A stretch of 38,179 nucleotides of DNA from the NCBI GenBank assembly GCA_040770465.1, contig JAXGJB010000028.1:1-38179 (forward strand). The letters run 5' to 3'. The position numbers and the translations under genes were made by a program. Positions 16,625 through 26,119 of the stretch are shown here, in pieces. The DNA comes from Methanothrix sp. GTDB taxonomy: Archaea; Halobacteriota; Methanosarcinia; Methanotrichales; Methanotrichaceae. The notes beneath the pieces were generated by a model. It searched no databases, had not been told where the DNA came from, and saw only the letters and a list, made by a program, of their open reading frames with translations. Positions within the stretch are counted from its first letter, which is position 1; every line of letters begins with the position of its first letter.

Positions 16625-17848
16625 ATGGAGATACTGGCGGACGTCGGCGGGAGGCCGGGCCTCGACTGCAAAGGCTTTTGCAGCTACTGCTACTTTAAAG
16701 GCGTAAAGCCGAACGAGCTCAAGCCCTTCGGGTGCAAACGGTGCCTCCCCTTTTCGAAGGGGTGCGACTACTGCTCACGGGCCATCGCCGAGGCCTACCC
16801 CGGCTTCAAGCCCGTGTCGACGGTGGCGATGGAAGTGGCGGGGGCCGCCTTCGGCCGGAAGCCCGACAAGGTGACCATCAGCGGTGGAGGCGACCTCAGC
16901 TGCTACCCCGACCTCCTCCCCCTCGCCCGGATGGTGGGCCAGGGTGGCGTTCCCATCCACCTCGGCTACACCAGCGGCAAAGGCTTCACAAAGGGCGACG
17001 AGGCCGACGCCCTGATAGAGGCGGGGGTGAAAGAGGTCTCCTTCACCGTCTTCTCGACAGACCCCGATATTCGAAGAGAGTACATGAACGACAGACACCC
17101 CGAGTCCGCCCTCGAAAACCTCCGGAAGTTCGCCGAGAATTGCGACGTCTACGCCGCCTCCGTTCTGATACCGGGCGTCAACGACGGCCCCGAGCTCGAC
17201 CGGACCTGCCGGGACCTGGAGGAGATGGGGGTCAAAAACCTCATCCTCATGAGGTTTGCAAATGAGAGGGAACAGGGGCTGATCCTGGGAAACGAGCCGA
17301 TCATCCCCGGAGTCGTCCCCCACACCGTCGAGGAGTTTAGAGATATCGTCACCACGACCAACGACAACTTCTCCTTCCGGGTGGCTGGAACCCCCCTCTG
17401 GGACCCCACCACCAAGTCTCCCTTCGCCCTGGCACACCACACCGACCAGATCAAGAGGCTCCCCCCCGTCCGGAAGAGAGCAACCCTCATCACCAGCTCC
17501 GTCGCCCAACCCCTCATATCGGCGATATTCGCAGAGCTCGGCGACCTCGTCAACGTCGTCCCCGTCAACAAAGACATCGGCTGCCTCATAACCATCAGAG
17601 ACCTCCTGGACCTCGACCTCTCGTCGGTGAAGGAGACGGTGATCATCCCGGGGAGGACGATGGCCTTCGACCCCGAGATAAGAAAGGTCCTCTCGAAGGA
17701 CGGCGTCTCAAGGCTCGTCCGACGGGGACCAGACCGGCTGACCGTCGACGGCGAGATGAGCATCAGCATGACCCCCGAAGAGGTGATCGAGGTGGAGGTG
17801 GAGGCCTTCACCGAGCTGATCGAGGAGATCAACGCCCTGGGAGTCTGA
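16625..17848 (+). CDS. mmp10: Methanogenesis marker protein 10, radical SAM McrA arginine C-methyltransferase (MamA)
   Basis: DVGGRPGLDCKGFCSYCYFK (CX3CX2C), second Cys cluster CKRC...CDYC, HLGYTSGKG, LMRFAN, KDIGCLIT, RRGPDRLTVDGEMS. Confidence 0.93.
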   Translation: MEILADVGGRPGLDCKGFCSYCYFKGVKPNELKPFGCKRCLPFSKGCDYCSRAIAEAYPGFKPVSTVAMEVAGAAFGRKPDKVTISGGGDLSCYPDLLPLARMVGQGGVPIHLGYTSGKGFTKGDEADALIEAGVKEVSFTVFSTDPDIRREYMNDRHPESALENLRKFAENCDVYAASVLIPGVNDGPELDRTCRDLEEMGVKNLILMRFANEREQGLILGNEPIIPGVVPHTVEEFRDIVTTTNDNFSFRVAGTPLWDPTTKSPFALAHHTDQIKRLPPVRKRATLITSSVAQPLISAIFAELGDLVNVVPVNKDIGCLITIRDLLDLDLSSVKETVIIPGRTMAFDPEIRKVLSKDGVSRLVRRGPDRLTVDGEMSISMTPEEVIEVEVEAFTELIEEINALGV

Positions 17849-17885
17849 AGATGGAGACGGTGAGGAGACTAGGACGGTGATCCAG

Positions 17886-19181
17886 ATGAAGACGACGATC
17901 GTATCCCCGAAGACCTACACCTACGGCTCCCTCGTCCTCGGCGGCATCCTGCGAGAGCGGGGGCACACAGTCAAGATCACCCGGGACCTCGACATTTCCG
18001 GTGACGTGACCCTCCTCAGCCTCTTCTCAACATCCCAGCTCATCGACCCCGAGATCCGGGATTTTGCGAAACGCTGCCGAAAAATATACGTAGGCGGACC
18101 CGTCGGCCTCGTCCCTGAGATCGTCCTGGGGGAGCTTGAGGTAGACGCTGTGGTTATAGGCGAGGGGGAAGAGGTGGTGGCGGACCTGGTCGAGAAGGGC
18201 CCCTCGGCCGAGATTCCGGGGGTTGCCTTCCGCTCCGACGGCGAGGTCGTCAAGACCGATCCAGTCCCTGCCGGCGACCTCGACCACGTCATGCCCCTCA
18301 TCCCCGACGACCTCAAGGACCAGAACGTCCGGGGCGCCAACGTCTACATCGAGACCCACCGGGGCTGCCTCGGAGGCTGCACCTTCTGCCAGGTCCCCCG
18401 ATTCTTCGGCAGGTCGATCCGCTCCCGGTCCCTCGATAACATCCTCGCCGAGGTCCGGGAGATGAAGCGGATGGGCGTCTCCAGAATCGCAGTCAGCGGC
18501 GGGACGGGGTCTTTATTCGGCTACGGGAAGGACGTGAACAAGGAGGCTTTCATCACCCTCCTCAAACGCCTCGCCGAGATCCTGGGGCCGAGGAACCTCT
18601 CCGTCCCCGACATGAGGGTGGACTTCGTCGACGAGGAGATCCTGGACGCTGTGAGACGGTATACCGTCGGCTGGGTCTTCTTCGGCATCGAGTCGGGAAG
18701 CGCTGAGATGCTCAAGGCGATGAAGAAGGGGACGAACCCAGAGAAGAACCTGGACGCGGTCGAGCTGGCCCACCGATGCGGCGTCAAAGTTGGCGGAAGC
18801 TTCATCGTCGGCTACCCAGGCGAGACCGAGGATGACTACCAGGCAACCCTCGACTTCATGGACGAGGCGATGCTCGAGGACGTATTCGCGAGCGTCGCAG
18901 AGCCGATACCCGGAACGCCCCTGGCGAAGCTCGCCCTGGAACTGCCGCGAGAGGAGAACCTCCTCTATCGGAACCACACCGGCGATTACAAGGTCCTGAA
19001 CCTCTCAGAGGCCGAGGCCCGATGCTTCAACCTGATGCTCCACGGAATGAGCTGCAAGCCTGTGCCGAGGATCGTCGATGACGCCACTTACTCCGCCTTT
19101 CTGGAGGAGGCGAGGACTCAGGGCAGGGACGTGAGGAGGGTGATGGACCTTCTCGATAAGTACAGGGGAGAGATCGTCTGA
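17886..19181 (+). CDS. mgmA: B12-binding radical SAM protein, MCR glutamine C-methyltransferase (MgmA/QCMT family)
   Basis: SPKTYTYGSLVLGGIL N-terminus, VGGPV, IRGANVYIETHRGC-like motif with CLGGCTFCQVP, SGGTGSLFG, GIESGS; closely follows mmp10 (alternative GTG start at 17877). Confidence 0.82.
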   Translation: MKTTIVSPKTYTYGSLVLGGILRERGHTVKITRDLDISGDVTLLSLFSTSQLIDPEIRDFAKRCRKIYVGGPVGLVPEIVLGELEVDAVVIGEGEEVVADLVEKGPSAEIPGVAFRSDGEVVKTDPVPAGDLDHVMPLIPDDLKDQNVRGANVYIETHRGCLGGCTFCQVPRFFGRSIRSRSLDNILAEVREMKRMGVSRIAVSGGTGSLFGYGKDVNKEAFITLLKRLAEILGPRNLSVPDMRVDFVDEEILDAVRRYTVGWVFFGIESGSAEMLKAMKKGTNPEKNLDAVELAHRCGVKVGGSFIVGYPGETEDDYQATLDFMDEAMLEDVFASVAEPIPGTPLAKLALELPREENLLYRNHTGDYKVLNLSEAEARCFNLMLHGMSCKPVPRIVDDATYSAFLEEARTQGRDVRRVMDLLDKYRGEIV

Positions 19182-19187
19182 CGCCCT

Positions 19188-19625
19188 TCAACCATCATCG
19201 TTTCTGAAACCCTCTTCTCCGAATATCTCCACGATCCACCGCTCCATGTCGTCCCTCGCCGCCCTCAGGGCCCTCCTCCGCTCCTGTGCGTCCTCCAACG
19301 TCAAGGGATCTTTCAAGGCTATGAAGGCTCTCCACCTCCCGCTGGGGAAGAGGGGGCAGGGCTCGGAATCAAAGTCGCGGATCTTGGCCACCACGTCGAA
19401 GGCCTCGCGCCACAGCTCCTTCGTGCTCTTTGACCGCTGACCGGATATGTTGATCCCCCTCTCAGCCATCACCTCCACCACCAGGGGGTCCACCTCTCGG
19501 GGATCCACCCCGGCGCTGCGGACGATGTACCGGTCACCATAGAGGCGGCGGAGGAGACCCTCGGCCATCTGGGACCGAGCGGAGTTGTGAGCAGAGAGGA
19601 AGATTACCTTCTCCTTTCTGGACAT
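19188..19625 (-). CDS. LMW-PTP/ArsC-family protein with the catalytic Cys replaced by Ser
   Basis: IFLSAHNSARSQMAEG versus the consensus CX5R loop; also SAG, GQRSK, CPLFP and DP motifs. Confidence 0.8.
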   Translation of the reverse strand: MSRKEKVIFLSAHNSARSQMAEGLLRRLYGDRYIVRSAGVDPREVDPLVVEVMAERGINISGQRSKSTKELWREAFDVVAKIRDFDSEPCPLFPSGRWRAFIALKDPLTLEDAQERRRALRAARDDMERWIVEIFGEEGFRNDDG

Positions 19626-19829
19626 GCTATCAGGTAACGCCTGATTTGTATAAGAAATTTGCGAATCAATTTAATATTAGACGATCACAAGGTGGATCCT
19701 GCTCAATTCCCGTTTCGATTATTCAGGACGGTGGACCGATCCGTCCGGTGAAGATAAATAAGTTGAAGCTTTATGGTTTGATCTCGTTGGAGAGGTATAA
19801 AAGTCCCTAAGATAAGGAGTTTACGAAGA

Positions 19830-20432
19830 ATGGCAGTCGTCCCCATCGTCTCCGGAGATTTAGATTCCCTTGTGATGTGCAAGATCCTGAATAATGAGAG
19901 ACAAGAGCAGCATCCCATCTTCATCGACTTCGGGCAGATATCCAACGAGGAGGAGTGGGAGGCGTGCAGGAGCTTATTCGAGAAGTGCGACCTCGCACCT
20001 CCAGAGCGGATCGACCTCGGAGGTTACTGCAAGTCGATAGAGTCCGACATCAACGAGGAATGCAAGGCGAGCTACATCAACGCCTTCCTTCCGGGAAGAA
20101 ACCTTGTGTCTCTGATGGCTGCCGCCTCCTACGCCTACCAGCGGGGTATAAAGATCATAGCCATCGCCCTCCTCTCGGATGAAGACCAACACTTCCCGGA
20201 CCAGACAGAGGAGTTTCTCGTCAACGCCAACTTCGCCATCAACTCCGCCTTCGGAGATTTCATCACCATACTGACACCCCTCATAAACTTCACCAAGGTC
20301 GACATCATAAACACCGCCAAATGGTACGGCCTCCCCATCGAGGAGACCTTCTGCTGCCACCCAGGAGAAAACGGAATCTGCAAGAGCTGCACCGCCAGAA
20401 AGGCGGTCGTAGATCCCCTGGAAGGGGACTGA
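19830..20432 (+). CDS. QueC-like (7-cyano-7-deazaguanine synthase fold) adenine nucleotide alpha hydrolase
   Basis: SGDLDS (variant of SGGxDS), FIDFGQ, FLPGRN, FPDQT, TPL...K, C-terminal CC...CKSC..R; AAGGAG RBS. Confidence 0.85.
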   Translation: MAVVPIVSGDLDSLVMCKILNNERQEQHPIFIDFGQISNEEEWEACRSLFEKCDLAPPERIDLGGYCKSIESDINEECKASYINAFLPGRNLVSLMAAASYAYQRGIKIIAIALLSDEDQHFPDQTEEFLVNANFAINSAFGDFITILTPLINFTKVDIINTAKWYGLPIEETFCCHPGENGICKSCTARKAVVDPLEGD

Positions 20433-20442
20433 GGAGTCTGGC

Positions 20443-20955
20443 ATGATAGAGATAGCCGATTCGGAAGTTTGTCCATCTGAGCCGAAACCTTCGACGCTGG
20501 AGCGGCTGGAAGAGATGGCGAGGAGGGAGATCTCGAAGACAGTGACATTGATTCCCCGGAGGAGGGCATTTCTGATATTCAGGGTCGATGATTCCGATCA
20601 GGTCCGGAGCTTCTGTGCCGCTGCAAAAGAGATCGATCCTCGCCTCGACTTCATAGACTTCGCATTGAAGGTCCATTTTAAAACTGAGAACGCGGCTTAC
20701 GTCCGCCACTGCATAACAAAGAGGATAGAAGCGTCCTCGATGGTCGTCGTCCTTGTGGGCAAGACCTTCCAAGACTGCGAATGGGTCGACTGGGAGGTTC
20801 GAGAGAGCATCAGGATGGGCAAATCTCTGGCGGCCTTAAGGCTGAGCGATGATCCTCCCTTGAAAGTCCCGAAAGTCCTCAGAGATCACCGGATCAAGCT
20901 TCTGAGCGAGGGAGATATCCGAGAATTGATCCGTAAAAGGTCGATGGATGAATAG
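20443..20955 (+). CDS. TIR domain protein (ThsB/MTH538/DUF1863-like)
   Basis: YVRHCITKRIEASSMVVVLVG...EWVDWEVRESIRMGK, the ThsB-type TIR signature with the conserved Glu; GAGGAG RBS; 10 bp after the queC-like stop. Confidence 0.82.
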   Translation: MIEIADSEVCPSEPKPSTLERLEEMARREISKTVTLIPRRRAFLIFRVDDSDQVRSFCAAAKEIDPRLDFIDFALKVHFKTENAAYVRHCITKRIEASSMVVVLVGKTFQDCEWVDWEVRESIRMGKSLAALRLSDDPPLKVPKVLRDHRIKLLSEGDIRELIRKRSMDE

Positions 20956-21139
20956 GCTCCTCCTGGAACATCAAGATCCAGATCGATAGTAGCATTCATT
21001 AGTATAGTTTTAATATATTATTTGGACCTTCCACGATCAAATTTACCCGGCTATTTTTATCCGTTTGCGAACTCGCCGTTATGCAAACGGCATTTCCTCC
21101 CAATTCTGCCAGATAGCTCTAAAACGATGCAAAATTCGG

Positions 21140-21179
21140 AAAAATAAAGGAAAAAGGGTGTGCAGGCTCGCGCCTACAC
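21140..21179 (-). terminator. mcr operon terminator
   Basis: Minus strand: GTGTAGGC-GCGA-GCCTGCAC hairpin (GNRA loop, overlapping the mcrA stop) followed by T-rich tracts. Confidence 0.65.
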
Positions 21180-22853
21180 TGCGGGCATGACCAGAGATCT
21201 CTCGCCGGCCGCGCGGAACTCTCTTGCTCCACCCATTCCGTATCCCTTGCGGATGTCGTCCCAGGTGAAGATGAGTGCGGGGTTCGCGAAACAGACCTTG
21301 ATCAAGGGGTTGCATGCGTAGGCGTCGAAGCGGCCCGCGTGAGCGGCGCTGGAGATGCCTGCATACTCGCCCTGGTGACCGACGTTCATGGCGTAGTTCG
21401 GATAGTTCGCGCCTCTCAGCTCGAGGGGGCTGCCCTCGTCGCCCTGGTAGCTGAAGACGTTGGTCGGACCGCACTGGTCCTGCAGGTCGTATCCGAAGAA
21501 GCCCATCCTGCCCCAGCCGTCCTTGTGGATCAGGTGGCTGAGGTACCAGCCGGCTAGACCGGACTGGCTGTTACCGGTCAGGCAGGCAGAGCCGATGGCG
21601 CTGGCTGCGGCCATGACCGCGGACCTCTGGGAACCGCCGAAGTGGTCCTCGAGCAGGGTCGGGAAGGCCTCGTACTGCTCCATGGCGTAGAGGGTCGTCT
21701 CAGTGGCGATGTCCTTGGAGGTCTCCAGGGTGGCGGGAGCCTTGCCCCAGTCGCCGAACTTGTCCACGCCGTAGTCACAGGCGTAGTAGGAGAAGTCGTC
21801 CAGGACGTCGTTGGTGTAGGCTGCCGTGGCGTACTGGGTGAACCCGACACCACCGGACATGTAGCTGCCCAGCCAGATCTGGTCGTAGAGCATGGCTCCA
21901 GCAGCGACGACGTTCAGGGAAACCTGTGGCGGGTCGAAGGCCTTGACCCTGGAGGTCTGGACCATGTCGGCGAGGAAGCCGAAGGATAGTCCACCAGGCT
22001 CGTTGGGGCCTCGAGCTCTCCTGGCGGGGAGCATGTCGGACATCTGGATGACCGCAGCGTGCTTGGCGGCGAAGGCGAGGTCAGCCACAGCGGCCTCACC
22101 GGCGCACATGTTGTAGGCGTCGATGAAGGTCATGGACAGCTGCATGGCGCTCCACCTGGAGGTGGTACCGCCGTCGCAAGTCCTCGAGACGATGGTTGGG
22201 ATGTGGATGGCCTGCCAGGAGGTCTTGCCCATGGCCGCCTTGATCTCCTCAGCCTGCTCGGCGGGGAAGAGCTTGTTGATGTCGATGATGTACTGGTCAT
22301 CGATCTCGTCCGCGAGGTCGTCGTCGCCGGTGAACATCCTGACGTTACAGTCGTCGACAAGGGCGGGGTGGGTCTCAACCATGTGCTCCTGGACCACGGC
22401 TGCGCCGGGCATGGCGTGGTTCAGAATCTCGAGGTAGTTGTTGATCGTCTCGGGAGTGACCTCTTTGCCCAGCCTCTTCTCCAGCACTTCGTGGGCCATG
22501 TCCAGACCGACCACGATGGTCCTTCTGATGTCGTCCCACATCTGCTGCATGGCGGGGTTGTTGACGAAGTGAAGGTCGTCACCCTCTACGATGTACTCGG
22601 TGGTGGAGAGCTTGTAGGGGACGAGCTGCCTCTGGCCCAGGGGCACGCCGCCGGCGTGGAGGTAGGGGTTGTACATGGAGATGCCACGCTTGCCCTCCAG
22701 CTTCTTGGATGCCTCCATGAACTCTCTCTTACGAGCGTTCTGCTCGGGACCCAGCCTCTCATAGGCGGTCTTTGTGCCGCTAAGATCGAAGTCCTTGCCG
22801 AACTTCTTGTTCAAAGCCTTTACGAACAGCTTTTTAGTGTGAATCTTTCCCAT
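21174..22853 (-). CDS. mcrA: Methyl-coenzyme M reductase alpha subunit
   Basis: [72 protein letters not shown]. Confidence 0.99.
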   Translation of the reverse strand: MGKIHTKKLFVKALNKKFGKDFDLSGTKTAYERLGPEQNARKREFMEASKKLEGKRGISMYNPYLHAGGVPLGQRQLVPYKLSTTEYIVEGDDLHFVNNPAMQQMWDDIRRTIVVGLDMAHEVLEKRLGKEVTPETINNYLEILNHAMPGAAVVQEHMVETHPALVDDCNVRMFTGDDDLADEIDDQYIIDINKLFPAEQAEEIKAAMGKTSWQAIHIPTIVSRTCDGGTTSRWSAMQLSMTFIDAYNMCAGEAAVADLAFAAKHAAVIQMSDMLPARRARGPNEPGGLSFGFLADMVQTSRVKAFDPPQVSLNVVAAGAMLYDQIWLGSYMSGGVGFTQYATAAYTNDVLDDFSYYACDYGVDKFGDWGKAPATLETSKDIATETTLYAMEQYEAFPTLLEDHFGGSQRSAVMAAASAIGSACLTGNSQSGLAGWYLSHLIHKDGWGRMGFFGYDLQDQCGPTNVFSYQGDEGSPLELRGANYPNYAMNVGHQGEYAGISSAAHAGRFDAYACNPLIKVCFANPALIFTWDDIRKGYGMGGAREFRAAGERSLVMPAV

Positions 22854-22869
22854 CTTATCTCACCACCAT

Positions 22870-23643
22870 TTATTCTGGCCTGAATCCCCACTTGCTTCTG
22901 CGCTCCCACATGTGGTGCAGGGTGATCAGTCCCTCATCGAGGGTCCTCTTCTCTGCGGTGCAGGGTCCACCGAAGGAGATGTTGTCGCACCTGAAGATGG
23001 TGGTCCTCTTCTTGGTTTCCGCCTCGCTCATCGGCTTTCCGGAGTTGACCTTCTTGTCCAGGGGGATGCCGACCTGATCTTTGACGTAGTAGACGTTGCC
23101 GTCGGATCCCAGCTCAGTCCTGGCCAGCATGTCGAACATCATGCCGTCTTCGTCGAGCCTCAGGGAGTGACCGTGGACTGTACAGCCTCTCATGGTGGCG
23201 AGAGCGGGGTCGGTCATCTCGGAGTCCATCTGGACCTTGGTGTACTGCTCGATATCTCTCTCTCTCGCCTCGATGATCTGTCGGCCGGAGAGAGTTCCCG
23301 GGTCGCATCCTCTGCAGTTGATGGCTCCCCAGTAGCTCCTGAAGTAGGGGATGGCGGGAGCGTTGTACATGGAGTCAGCAAACTGGGAGTATCTGATCCT
23401 GTCTCCAGCTGCAGCGCCGGGGGTGGGAGTTACAAGCTGCCTTATGGGGCAGTCGGGCTCGCCCATCTCGGCCAGGGGCGGGTGGGTGCTGGGGTAGTCT
23501 GCGCCGGGAGCCCTGTGGCCCATTATGGTTACTATGTCAGCATCGGAGATGTCTCTCAGCTTCTCCAGATCGCCAGACATGTGCTTGCGCCTGTTCGCAC
23601 CAACAGACGTAGTGCCTGGATAATATTGGGGTTTGTATGCCAT
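22870..23643 (-). CDS. mcrG: Methyl-coenzyme M reductase gamma subunit
   Basis: QYYPGTT, HPPLAEMGEPDCPIR, DPGTLSGRQIIEARERD, TVHGHSLRLDEDGMMFD. Confidence 0.99.
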   Translation of the reverse strand: MAYKPQYYPGTTSVGANRRKHMSGDLEKLRDISDADIVTIMGHRAPGADYPSTHPPLAEMGEPDCPIRQLVTPTPGAAAGDRIRYSQFADSMYNAPAIPYFRSYWGAINCRGCDPGTLSGRQIIEARERDIEQYTKVQMDSEMTDPALATMRGCTVHGHSLRLDEDGMMFDMLARTELGSDGNVYYVKDQVGIPLDKKVNSGKPMSEAETKKRTTIFRCDNISFGGPCTAEKRTLDEGLITLHHMWERRSKWGFRPE

Positions 23644-23667
23644 GTCCTAAACCTCCTTTTGAAAGTG

Positions 23668-24162
23668 TTATGAGTCACCACCAGTATCAGACAAAATGGC
23701 CAGATCTCTCTCTCTCTTGGCCTTCGGGTCGACCAGTCCAAGGATCCTCTTATCCTCCACCTCGCTTCCGTACTTCGCGTAATCCGAGACGGTGGGCTTG
23801 GTGTGAAATAGCTGCTTTCTCTTGATGCTGAAGGAACAAGGCAGCATTCGCTCACATGCCGCCTTCACCCCCTCAATGCGCTCCTCGCTCTCAAGCTCCA
23901 GCCAGATCCTTCCCACCTTAACCCGGAGTTCCAGTGCCTGGTCTCCGAGTTCCAGAAGCATGTTCTTATGCTCCTCAATGGGAAGGCCTTTTCCCGGACC
24001 GTAGGGTACCGCCTTCGGAAGGTTTGGCCCCTGGATCATGATCCGCAGGATCCCTCCCGACCTATATATCTCGTCGAGAAGGCACTGGGCTGTAGCGGGC
24101 TTTAGAAACCTTTGAGGGAAGATCTCTATCTGGACCGATTCCGTGTCTGATTTAGTGACCAT
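23668..24162 (-). CDS. mcrD: MCR operon protein D
   Basis: QIEIFPQRFL, GPNLPKAVPYGPGKG, LRVKVGRI, KPTVSDYAKYG; lies between mcrB and mcrG. Confidence 0.96.
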   Translation of the reverse strand: MVTKSDTESVQIEIFPQRFLKPATAQCLLDEIYRSGGILRIMIQGPNLPKAVPYGPGKGLPIEEHKNMLLELGDQALELRVKVGRIWLELESEERIEGVKAACERMLPCSFSIKRKQLFHTKPTVSDYAKYGSEVEDKRILGLVDPKAKRERDLAILSDTGGDS

Positions 24163-24177
24163 GCATACTCAACCTAT

Positions 24178-25482
24178 CTATACAGCCTCCGCAACTGCTA
24201 CGATAGGCTCGCGGAACTCCTTGATCTCTCCGTAAACGGCTCCAACCAGTCCGGAGGTCATCTCCGGAGTGAACATCTGAGTGCCCGCATCAAGAGCAAC
24301 TGCCGCAGACACACAGGGGATGGCGAATCCTCGAGAGTGTCTCGTCACGACGTGGTTGCCGTTGAAGACGCCGGGTCCGCCGCCACCGTAGATGGAGTGG
24401 CTGAAGAAGGAGAATCCGACGGCGGTTCCCATGACCTTGCCCCAGTCGCAGCCGGGCAGAGCGGTCTCTTTCTCCATCACGTCGTTGAAGTAGAGCAGGG
24501 TTGAGGATACTGCCTGAGCGCCACGGAGAGCACCACAGTTGACCATGGTGGCTGCCAGGGTGCCTGCCGCGCAGTAGGCGTTCCACTTGGGTACGTCGTT
24601 CGCCTCATACATGACGAAACCGGAGGGGAGCTTCTCGCCGGCCTTGATGACCTTGTCCTCGATGGCTCTCTCGACGACGCTCTGGACGACGGTTCCGATT
24701 GTTCCGGTCTTGCCGTTGGACTTGACCAGGTCATAGACCATGTTGTTGGCGTTGAGGCCCTGGTAGGCGAGGCCGAGCATCTGGTACCTCTCGAAGATGC
24801 CTATGGCGTTGCCCATCTCGAAGTTTCCGATCTGCTCGTAGATGGAAGAGAGGGCTGCGGCGTTCATGGCATTCCTCTTGGTGATTGCAGCGATGTGGTT
24901 TGCCATGATGTTCCTCAGAGCGAAGCCGAGACCTTCATCGTTCTGGGGGATGTTGAGAACTGATGCGATGTTTCCGCCGGCCATGGGGACTGTCTGCGGG
25001 TACTGGCCCCAGACAGAGGCGTGGACCATGGGGGCTTCAAACATTCCGGCCTTGAACTGCGTTATGAGCGCCTCGGTGGTGGCGGCAGCGGCGGCGGTCA
25101 TTCCGACAACGAACTCAGAAGCTGCGTCGACCCTGGCTGAGGGGATCTGGACCAGGAGCTGCTTTCCTCCACCCAGAACCTGGACGTTGGTGTCGTCTCC
25201 AGCTTCGACCTGGAGCAGCTTCTTTATCTCTGCGGCAAGAGCGTCGGCGTTGGCGGTGACGTCGTACTTGAGCTCGCGTCCCTTGATCTGCCTGCCCTGC
25301 CCTCCGACCTTTCCGGTCTTCAGAGCGTTCTCGATCCCTGCCAGGTTGACCGCTACTGTCCGCTTGGTCAGGTTGATCAGCTTCTTCATCGCTGCGTTCT
25401 TGAGTGGGCTGACGGCGCTCAGGTCAACGTCACTCTTTAAAAGAACGCCACGGTCACTATAGAGGTCTATCTTGTCAGACAC
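24178..25482 (-). CDS. mcrB: Methyl-coenzyme M reductase beta subunit
   Basis: [55 protein letters not shown]; GTG start with AAGGAGG RBS. Confidence 0.99.
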   Translation of the reverse strand: MSDKIDLYSDRGVLLKSDVDLSAVSPLKNAAMKKLINLTKRTVAVNLAGIENALKTGKVGGQGRQIKGRELKYDVTANADALAAEIKKLLQVEAGDDTNVQVLGGGKQLLVQIPSARVDAASEFVVGMTAAAAATTEALITQFKAGMFEAPMVHASVWGQYPQTVPMAGGNIASVLNIPQNDEGLGFALRNIMANHIAAITKRNAMNAAALSSIYEQIGNFEMGNAIGIFERYQMLGLAYQGLNANNMVYDLVKSNGKTGTIGTVVQSVVERAIEDKVIKAGEKLPSGFVMYEANDVPKWNAYCAAGTLAATMVNCGALRGAQAVSSTLLYFNDVMEKETALPGCDWGKVMGTAVGFSFFSHSIYGGGGPGVFNGNHVVTRHSRGFAIPCVSAAVALDAGTQMFTPEMTSGLVGAVYGEIKEFREPIVAVAEAV

Positions 25483-25629
25483 GTTCTTTTTCCTCCTTTA
25501 CCTTTTAGCAGGAAACTGAACAAATCGGTGCTGCCGGAGCGAACGGTATGACTAATGTCAAATATAATCATACCCGACGATGATCCTCTCTACTACAGTC
25601 TCCCGCCTAACTCTCCATAGTCATATCGC

Positions 25630-25645
25630 TACTTAAAGTTTTTGT
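25630..25645 (-). promoter_or_regulatory. Candidate BRE/TATA promoter of the mcr operon
   Basis: Minus strand AAAAAC-TTTAAGTA, about 150 bp upstream of the mcrB start. Confidence 0.5.
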
Positions 25646-26119
25646 GCGATAAATTTCATAACAATGCATTTATTCGAATGCGCCAAAATATGATCAATAA
25701 TGTGAAAAACAGATAAAAACGTAACCTGAAATACATTTAGTACAAAAAAACGAGAATATATCCTGATATTGTTGCCCATAATCTGGTTTTAACGCATGTT
25801 TCGTTCATATAAAACATGTAGATCCTTCTTGTTGTATTTTTTGTGGAGATTGGGCACCGAACTAAATATTTGAATATGATCGCCGGATGATGGTGATTGT
25901 GTTACAATGGTTTAACAGTCTCCGACCGTTTACACATAATACGTATTATCTGTATATAGACGGTCGCAAGGGCGCCGCGAGGAGGATTCAAGCCCAAAAG
26001 TTGAGCGAAAATCCCGGACCGAGAAGGTTCAAGGTTGATATTATTATTGCGATCCTCCGGCACAGACCACCGGTCTTTGCGATAATTACTTATATCATCT
26101 TCAGAACTGGCGGGATCGG

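Noticed and set aside
19830-20432. Plain housekeeping queC for archaeosine synthesis
   Set aside because: Altered PP-loop and Zn motif, no queD/queE nearby, and tight linkage to a TIR gene. Not fully excluded without a phylogeny.
20443-20955. Complete Thoeris system
   Set aside because: No ThsA-type effector (SIR2-SLOG or TM-Macro) is adjacent.
21174-25482. Alkyl-CoM reductase or divergent MCR
   Set aside because: Active-site motifs ([25 protein letters not shown]) are canonical for methane-forming MCR.
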